Shown here: positions 37,700 to 43,738 of the stretch, piece by piece
Position numbering within the stretch: the first letter of the stretch is position 1
How the letters are laid out: every line of letters starts with the position of its first letter
Assembly: GCA_035461025.1 (NCBI GenBank)
Contig: DATHWA010000350.1
Span: 1 to 43,738, forward strand
Reading direction: 5' to 3'
Length of the DNA: 43,738 bases
DNA from: Gillisia sp.
GTDB lineage: Bacteria > Bacteroidota > Bacteroidia > Flavobacteriales > Flavobacteriaceae
Notes under the pieces: model-generated
Database searches by the model: none
Seen by the model: only the letters and a program-made list of their open reading frames with translations
What the model was told of the DNA's origin: nothing
Program-made: the position numbers and the translations under genes

Positions 37700-38227
37700 T
37701 TGAAAAAGAAAGCTAATTATTTGATTATACTATTGTTACTAACGACAATTCACTACACGCACGCACAGAGACTTCCCGGACCGGCAGAAAAGGAGCCAAA
37801 CTTTTGGAGCGATGTGAGATTTGGGGGAAGCCTGGGACTTAACTTTGGAAACGGCTTTTTTACCGGAGTATTAGCTCCATCAGCAATTTATGATTTCAAC
37901 CAAACTTTCTCTGCAGGAGCAGGATTGAGTGCAGCTTACGCCTCTGCAAGGAATTTTAATACCACAAGTTTTGGCGGAAGCCTTATTGGCATGCTTCGTC
38001 CAATTAGAGCCCTTCAATTATCTACTGAATACGAACAATTGAATATTACCAGAAGGTATGAAATGGAAGGAGGCAATCTAAAAGATTCATATTGGGTGCC
38101 TGCACTATTTCTGGGTATTGGTTACAATACAGGACCTGTTATTACCGGGATACGTTATGATGTGCTGCACAGCGACAGAAGTTTTTATAGCAGTGCACTT
38201 ATGCCTTTTGTAAGCATTTACTTTTAA
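37700..38227 (+). CDS. Hypothetical exported outer-membrane beta-barrel protein
   Basis: TTG start, signal peptide, amphipathic strands, terminal Phe (FVSIYF). Confidence 0.7.
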   Translation: MKKKANYLIILLLLTTIHYTHAQRLPGPAEKEPNFWSDVRFGGSLGLNFGNGFFTGVLAPSAIYDFNQTFSAGAGLSAAYASARNFNTTSFGGSLIGMLRPIRALQLSTEYEQLNITRRYEMEGGNLKDSYWVPALFLGIGYNTGPVITGIRYDVLHSDRSFYSSALMPFVSIYF

Positions 38228-39198
38228 ACTTCCCTTTCCATTAGAGAGGAACCAAATTTTTTAAGCAGGGCTTTTTTATGCTCAGGAATCTCTATTTTTT
38301 CTAAAACATCAAATGCCAATTGGGTGTATTTTTCAATTTCCTGTCTTGCCATTTGAGCGGCACCACTGGTTTCAAAGATATTTTTTACAGCTTCTATTTT
38401 CCCTCCGTTCTCCCTGGGATTTATGGAGTATAAATGCTCCAGCTGGCTGGCTTCTGCCGCGCCTGCATTTTCCAGTGCTTTTAAATAAAGAAAGGTTTTC
38501 TTGTTTTCAATGATATCACCTCCCGGTTGTTTTCCAAAAGATTCAGGATCTCCAAAAGCATCCAGATAATCATCCTGTAGCTGGAATGCTATCCCCAACA
38601 ACCTTCCATATTCATAAACGGCGATTTTACATTGCGGCGTGGTTCCTGCCACTATAGCTCCCATTTGCAGCGATGCCCCCACTAGTACCGCTGTTTTATA
38701 TTCTATCATTTTAAGGTAATCCTCAATTGTAACATCATCCCTACTTTCAAAATCCACATCATATTGTTGCCCCTCACAAACCTGGATTGCTGTCCTGGTG
38801 AAAAGCTGGGCCAGTTCCTTGAAAACAGGACCATCATAATTTTCGAAAAGCTGGTATGCATTAATGAGCATCGCATCCCCGGAAAGGATCCCGGTATTAA
38901 GGTCCCACTTCTCATGAACCGTACTCTTTCCCCTTCTCAAAGGCGCATCATCCATAATGTCATCATGCACCAGGGAAAAATTATGAAATACTTCAATTGC
39001 CAGGGCTGCATCCAGAGCTTTGTCATAGGGCGTTTCAAAGATCTCTGCAGACATCAATACTAAAACCGGCCGTAGACGTTTCCCTCCAAGATTAAGTATA
39101 TAAGTAATTGGTTCATATAGATTAACCGGCTCTTTAGTGACAACTTTTTTATTCAGGTATTCCAAAAAGGCCTCCCGGTATTCAGCAACTGATAGCAT
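38224..39198 (-). CDS. Polyprenyl (geranylgeranyl) diphosphate synthase
   Basis: GGKRLRP, VHDDIMD...RRG, KTA, FQLQDDYLD. Confidence 0.92.
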   Translation of the reverse strand: MLSVAEYREAFLEYLNKKVVTKEPVNLYEPITYILNLGGKRLRPVLVLMSAEIFETPYDKALDAALAIEVFHNFSLVHDDIMDDAPLRRGKSTVHEKWDLNTGILSGDAMLINAYQLFENYDGPVFKELAQLFTRTAIQVCEGQQYDVDFESRDDVTIEDYLKMIEYKTAVLVGASLQMGAIVAGTTPQCKIAVYEYGRLLGIAFQLQDDYLDAFGDPESFGKQPGGDIIENKKTFLYLKALENAGAAEASQLEHLYSINPRENGGKIEAVKNIFETSGAAQMARQEIEKYTQLAFDVLEKIEIPEHKKALLKKFGSSLMEREV

Positions 39199-39267
39199 TT
39201 GAAAATTTTTCAGCTAAAATAGGATAAATTAAAAATATGTGCAGACTTCCTTCAGCATTAAAATTTT

Positions 39268-39297
39268 TGGAAACTTTACTGGTTTTTAAAGTTTCCA
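39268..39297. promoter_or_regulatory. Probable TetR operator: perfect 11-bp inverted repeat
   Basis: TGGAAACTTTA-N8-TAAAGTTTCCA directly upstream of the -7 box TATCTTTG (39302-39309). Confidence 0.7.
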
Positions 39298-39327
39298 TAT
39301 GTATCTTTGCGCCCTCTTAAAGAAAAA

Positions 39328-39930
39328 ATGAAAGAAGAAATAACCATTACCGCCACAGATCTCTTCTTGAACCTGGGGTTTAAAAGTGTTACGATGGATG
39401 ATATTGCCAATAAAATGGGCATATCCAAGAAAACGATCTACGCCCATTTTCCTAATAAATCAAAGTTGGTAGAAGCAACTACTTTCTATTTACTTGAAAC
39501 CATTGATAAAGGAATAGAAGAGATTAGGAAGAAAGAACTTAATGCCATTGTAGAATTATTTGAGATCAAAAAATTCGTGATGCACCATTTAAAGGACGAA
39601 AAATCTTCACCTCAATTTCAGTTAAATAAATATTACCCAAAAATTTATGAGGATGTTCAAAAGCATCATCTCCATACCATGCATTGCAGTGTAGCTGAAA
39701 ATTTACAGAAAGGAATAGAGGGAGGGTATTACCGCGCCTCGATTCCTATTGATTTTATAAGCAAATTTTATTTTGCGGGAATGATGTCCATTAAGAATAA
39801 TGACCTTTTTCCTGTTACAAAATACTCGATGAGGGAACTAACAGAGAAATACCTGGAGTATCATTTAAGAGCTATCGTCACTCAAAAAGGTCTAAAGAAA
39901 CTAAAGGAATTTCTAACCATTGAAGATTAA
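39328..39930 (+). CDS. TetR/AcrR family transcriptional regulator
   Basis: GFKSVTMDDIANKMGISKKTIYAHFPNK HTH. ATG at 39328. Confidence 0.92.
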   Translation: MKEEITITATDLFLNLGFKSVTMDDIANKMGISKKTIYAHFPNKSKLVEATTFYLLETIDKGIEEIRKKELNAIVELFEIKKFVMHHLKDEKSSPQFQLNKYYPKIYEDVQKHHLHTMHCSVAENLQKGIEGGYYRASIPIDFISKFYFAGMMSIKNNDLFPVTKYSMRELTEKYLEYHLRAIVTQKGLKKLKEFLTIED

Positions 39931-39931
39931 A

Positions 39932-41293
39932 ATGAAAAAGATCTATTATACTGTATGTTTACTGTTAATCTCTGCACCCGTCTTTAGCCAGGAACAGGAG
40001 GAAAGACAAGCGTATACATTCACCCTGGAGGAAGCTATAATTTTTGGACTTGAGAATAATTACACTTCTCAAATGGCAGAAAAAGAAGTAGAGAAAACCT
40101 TAAAGCAACGCTGGGAAATTATTGCCCAGGGTTTACCACAACTTTCTGCCAACGTTGATTATCAAAATTTGCTTGAGCGACCGGTCACACTTTTACCGGC
40201 AGAGTTAGCCGGTGGAGAACCCGGGACTTTTGTCCCTGTGAGATTTGGTACCCAGCATAGCCTCGCCGGTACAGCCACCTGGAATCAGTTAATTTTCGAT
40301 GGCTCCTATATTGTAGGGGTACAATCGGCCAAAACCCTGTTACAGATATCGAGAAATGCAAAGACCAAGACAGATCTTTCAGTAAAAGAATCCATTATCA
40401 CGGCATACGGGAATGTTCTTTTAGCTGAAGAAAGTGTGCAGATCCTTGAGAAGAACGTGAATTCGATCGACAAAAATTTTACTGATACCCAGAAGATCTT
40501 TGAAACAGGTTTTGCTGAAGAAGAAGATGTGGAGCAGCTGGAAATCACGCTCCTAGGATTACAAAACAATCTAAACCGAAGCAGGCGTATGAGGGATATC
40601 GCTTATGAAATGCTCAGTTTAACTCTTGGGTTGCCTACAGATACAAAATTAACCTTAACTGAAAACCTGGACGGGCTGGCGATGAAATATTATGACCTCA
40701 ACCTTCTAACTAAGGAAATTCCAATTGAAGAAAATATAGATTACCGTATTGCAGCAAACAATGCAGAAGCTGCAAGGATCTTTGTTAGACTTGAACAGGC
40801 CAAAGCCCTTCCTTCCATTACCGGATTTCTAAATTACGGGATACAGGGGTTTAGCGAAGAATTCACTTTTTTTAGCAGTGAACAAAATTACTTCAACCAA
40901 TCCATTATGGGAGTAAGTTTAAATATCCCCATTTTTAGTAGCGGATTAAGGGGGGCCAGAACTCAGCAAATGAAAATAGAATATGAACAGGCTTTACTTG
41001 AACTAAAGGATACTGAAAATCGTGTACGACTTGAAATCAATTCAGCCAAAAACGATTATGAATACAGTCTTGAAAATTATGAGGCACAGAAGAAAAATCT
41101 TGCCCTGGCAGAAAGGATTGAAAACAAGAACCAGATCAAATTCTTTGAAGGTCTTTCCGGGAGTTTTGAGCTAAGTGAGGCGCAGCGTCAATTATTTGCA
41201 GCTCAACAAGATCTCCTCCAGTCTATGCTGGAAGTAATCACTGCTAAGGCAACCCTGGAAAACCTCCTGGACACCACCACATATTCCAATTAA
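39932..41293 (+). CDS. TolC family outer-membrane efflux protein
   Basis: Signal peptide, TLEEAI..GLENN, two OEP-like repeats, NIPIFS. Confidence 0.9.
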   Translation: MKKIYYTVCLLLISAPVFSQEQEERQAYTFTLEEAIIFGLENNYTSQMAEKEVEKTLKQRWEIIAQGLPQLSANVDYQNLLERPVTLLPAELAGGEPGTFVPVRFGTQHSLAGTATWNQLIFDGSYIVGVQSAKTLLQISRNAKTKTDLSVKESIITAYGNVLLAEESVQILEKNVNSIDKNFTDTQKIFETGFAEEEDVEQLEITLLGLQNNLNRSRRMRDIAYEMLSLTLGLPTDTKLTLTENLDGLAMKYYDLNLLTKEIPIEENIDYRIAANNAEAARIFVRLEQAKALPSITGFLNYGIQGFSEEFTFFSSEQNYFNQSIMGVSLNIPIFSSGLRGARTQQMKIEYEQALLELKDTENRVRLEINSAKNDYEYSLENYEAQKKNLALAERIENKNQIKFFEGLSGSFELSEAQRQLFAAQQDLLQSMLEVITAKATLENLLDTTTYSN

Positions 41294-41318
41294 AATTAAA
41301 ATATCATTCAACAATACT

Positions 41319-42482
41319 ATGAAAAAGTTACTTTTTATATCATTTCTGTCTCTCCTGATAGTTTCTTGTGGAAAACCTGAAGAGAACTCTGTAGAAGAAG
41401 TTTTAGCTACCCAGGATTTGGAACAGATCCGGGCGAAGAAAATTGAATTAAGCAAAGAGCAAAGGGATCTGGCTGTAAAAATGGAACAATTGGATGCCGC
41501 TATCAATGACCTGAACCCATCGCTAAGGTTGCCACAAGTCACCACTCAAAAAGTTAGTGATACTACCTTTAAGCACTATACCAGGGTACAGGGGGATGTC
41601 GCTACAAGGGAAAACATAATTATTTTTCCTGAATTTTCCGGAGTACTTACCAAGATACACGTTCGGGAAGGAGATCGCGTAAATCGCGGTGCTCTTTTAG
41701 CCACTATAGATGACGGTGGATTGGGAAGCCAGCTTGCACAACTGGAAGCACAGGCAACCCTGGCTAAAACCACTTTTGAACGCCAGCAAAGGCTATGGGA
41801 GCAGAATATAGGTTCTGAAATCCAATTTTTGGAAGCACAAACAGCTTATCAAAGCGCCCAAAACGCAGTAGACCAGTTGCGGTCCCAGCTTGGAAAGACA
41901 AGTGTAAGAGCGCCGTTTAGCGGGGTAATAGATGAAGTAATCTCAGATGAAGGACAGGTGGTAAGCCCGGGTCAAAATCAGCTTTTTAGGTTGGTGAACC
42001 TTCAAAATATGTACGTACAGGCTTCTGTACCGGAAACTTACCTTAACCAGATCCAGACAGGTTCCGGGGTGATCGTGGAAATTCCGGCTATAAATAAGCA
42101 ATATGAAGGCAAGGTAAGGCAGGTTGGCAATTTTATCAATCCCAATAACAGGACTTTCCAAATTGAGGTTTCGCTTCCAAATGAAGACGGACTAGTGAAG
42201 CCAAATCTTATAGCTACGGTAAAACTTAATGATTACACTTCAGAAAACGCGATGGTTATTCCGGAATCTGCAATACAAAAAAACTCCCTTGGAGAAAGCC
42301 TTATCTATGTTTTCCGTGCGGAGAATGACAGTATTGGAACCGCACACCGCATAGTTATAGAGACCGGGTACAACCAGGAAAATATGGTAGAGGTGCTTGA
42401 TGGATTGCAGCCGGGGGATGAAGTGATTGTTGAAGGAGGCCGTAACCTAAGGGATGAGCAACGGGTAAAATTAAGAAACTAA
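41319..42482 (+). CDS. RND efflux periplasmic adaptor (MFP) lipoprotein
   Basis: Lipobox LIVSC, SGVLTKIHVREGD, alpha-hairpin, RAPFSG, GLQPGDEVIVEG. Confidence 0.92.
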   Translation: MKKLLFISFLSLLIVSCGKPEENSVEEVLATQDLEQIRAKKIELSKEQRDLAVKMEQLDAAINDLNPSLRLPQVTTQKVSDTTFKHYTRVQGDVATRENIIIFPEFSGVLTKIHVREGDRVNRGALLATIDDGGLGSQLAQLEAQATLAKTTFERQQRLWEQNIGSEIQFLEAQTAYQSAQNAVDQLRSQLGKTSVRAPFSGVIDEVISDEGQVVSPGQNQLFRLVNLQNMYVQASVPETYLNQIQTGSGVIVEIPAINKQYEGKVRQVGNFINPNNRTFQIEVSLPNEDGLVKPNLIATVKLNDYTSENAMVIPESAIQKNSLGESLIYVFRAENDSIGTAHRIVIETGYNQENMVEVLDGLQPGDEVIVEGGRNLRDEQRVKLRN

Positions 42483-42509
42483 GCATAAGATCAAGTACAT
42501 AAGGTTACT

Positions 42510-43738
42510 ATGAGCAAGAAAATAGATAAAGAGTTTAAAATTTCATCCTGGGCCATTGAGAACAGGATGACAGTTTACGTGATCATTGCAATTGTACTTG
42601 TTGGGGGGCTTATCTCCTATTATAGTATGCCCAGGGAATCATTCCCTGAGATCATTGAAACCAAAATTTACGTAAGCTCTATAAACCCGGGAAACTCTGC
42701 AGAGGATGTTGAAAAATTCATCACAGAACCCCTGGAACAGGAGTTTAACAATGTAGGTGGAGTTAAAGATATAAGCTCTACCACCTTTCAGGATTACTCC
42801 ATGGTCATCGTGGAATTTGATGATGATGTGAGCGTGGATGTTGCCCGTCAAAAGATAAAGGACAAAGTAGACCTGGTTAAAGCAGAGACTACTTGGCCCA
42901 CGCTGGATAACGGCGCAAAGGTAGAGCCCAATGTTTTTGACCTCAACCTTTCAGAAGAACAACCAATTCTAAACATTAATCTCACAGGAGATTTCACTGT
43001 TCAGCAATTAAAAGAATACGGGGAATATTTGCAGGATCGTATTGAGATCCTTCCGCAGATCAAGGAAGCCACTATTCGCGGGGCTGAAGATATGGAAATT
43101 GAGATCGCGCTGGATGTTTACAGGATGACTGCCTCCCAGGTGAGCTTTGATGATGTGGTAAACGCTGTTAGTGCTGAAAACAGGACTATTTCCGGAGGGA
43201 ACATTATAACCAATAACCTTCAGAAAAACATACGGATAATTGGAGAGATAGAAGACCCGGCAGAACTGGAGAATGTGGTAGTTAAAAGGGAGGATGGAAA
43301 TATTTTTCTTAGGGACATTGCACAAATAAGATTTCAGGAAAAAGATGCTACCACCTTTGCAAGGGAATATGGAGATCCAGTGGTGATGCTGGACGTTAAA
43401 AAGCGTGCCGGCAGCAATATGATCGAGGCTGTGGATGAGATCAAAAAGATCATACAGGTAGAACAGGAATCTTACCTGCCGGAAAGCCTGGAAGTATCGC
43501 TCACCAATGACCAGTCCATTAAAACCCAGACGCAGGTAGATGACCTGGTAAATAACATTATATTCGGGGTGATCCTGGTGGTTGTGGTACTTATGTTCTT
43601 CCTGGGTTTCAGGAATGCATTGTTTGTAGGTTTTGCCATCCCGCTCTCTATGTTTCTTTCCTTTATTATCCTCTCATCCCTGGGAATCACCCTTAACACG
43701 ATGGTGCTTTTTGCACTGGTTATGGGACTCGGGATGTT
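42510..43738 (+). CDS. AcrB/AcrD/AcrF-family RND efflux permease, 3' truncated by window edge
   Basis: Open frame from ATG 42510: MSKKIDKEFKISSWAIENRMTVYV...MPRESFP...PGNSAEDVEKFITEPLE...AIPLS...LNTMVLFALVMGLGM. No stop before the window end, so it is missing from the ORF track. Confidence 0.92.
   Translation, partial: MSKKIDKEFKISSWAIENRMTVYVIIAIVLVGGLISYYSMPRESFPEIIETKIYVSSINPGNSAEDVEKFITEPLEQEFNNVGGVKDISSTTFQDYSMVIVEFDDDVSVDVARQKIKDKVDLVKAETTWPTLDNGAKVEPNVFDLNLSEEQPILNINLTGDFTVQQLKEYGEYLQDRIEILPQIKEATIRGAEDMEIEIALDVYRMTASQVSFDDVVNAVSAENRTISGGNIITNNLQKNIRIIGEIEDPAELENVVVKREDGNIFLRDIAQIRFQEKDATTFAREYGDPVVMLDVKKRAGSNMIEAVDEIKKIIQVEQESYLPESLEVSLTNDQSIKTQTQVDDLVNNIIFGVILVVVVLMFFLGFRNALFVGFAIPLSMFLSFIILSSLGITLNTMVLFALVMGLGM

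Overview
A 43.7 kb, AT-rich, gene-dense core-genome segment from a Bacteroidota bacterium, most likely a Flavobacteriaceae (TAnnTTTG -7 promoter boxes, typical gene order). It carries about 45 CDSs: a LuxE-like acyl transferase (5' truncated), tyrS, pyrC, a polyprenol-P-mannose synthase, hemD, pckA, saccharopine dehydrogenase, Lrp/AsnC, ferritin, pyrH-frr, DUF5686 and MMPL/RND, asnS, rpoN, an ExbB-X-ExbD-ExbD cluster, asparaginase, TatD, sucAB, a polyprenyl synthase and a TetR-TolC-MFP-AcrB efflux operon (3' truncated). It also holds one tRNA-Ser(GGA). I saw no mobile elements, CRISPR arrays or prophage. The most interesting signals are non-coding or tiny. (1) An orphan + strand sRNA candidate (~1334-1447) has a putative ECF-sigma promoter and two repeated anti-start-codon modules, and sits between two small membrane-protein genes. 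(2) A ~45 nt promoter-to-terminator mini-RNA with GGGG motifs lies next to the tyrS 3' end. (3) An in-frame TAG splits the DUF4296 lipoprotein. (4) A 37-aa membrane sORF absent from the ORF track has its own promoter and a palindromic site. (5) A sigma-54 promoter with a TGNCA direct repeat lies upstream of a Zn peptidase. (6) A Fur-family box precedes a hypothetical gene plus ferritin. Family assignments come from motif recognition only; no searches were run.
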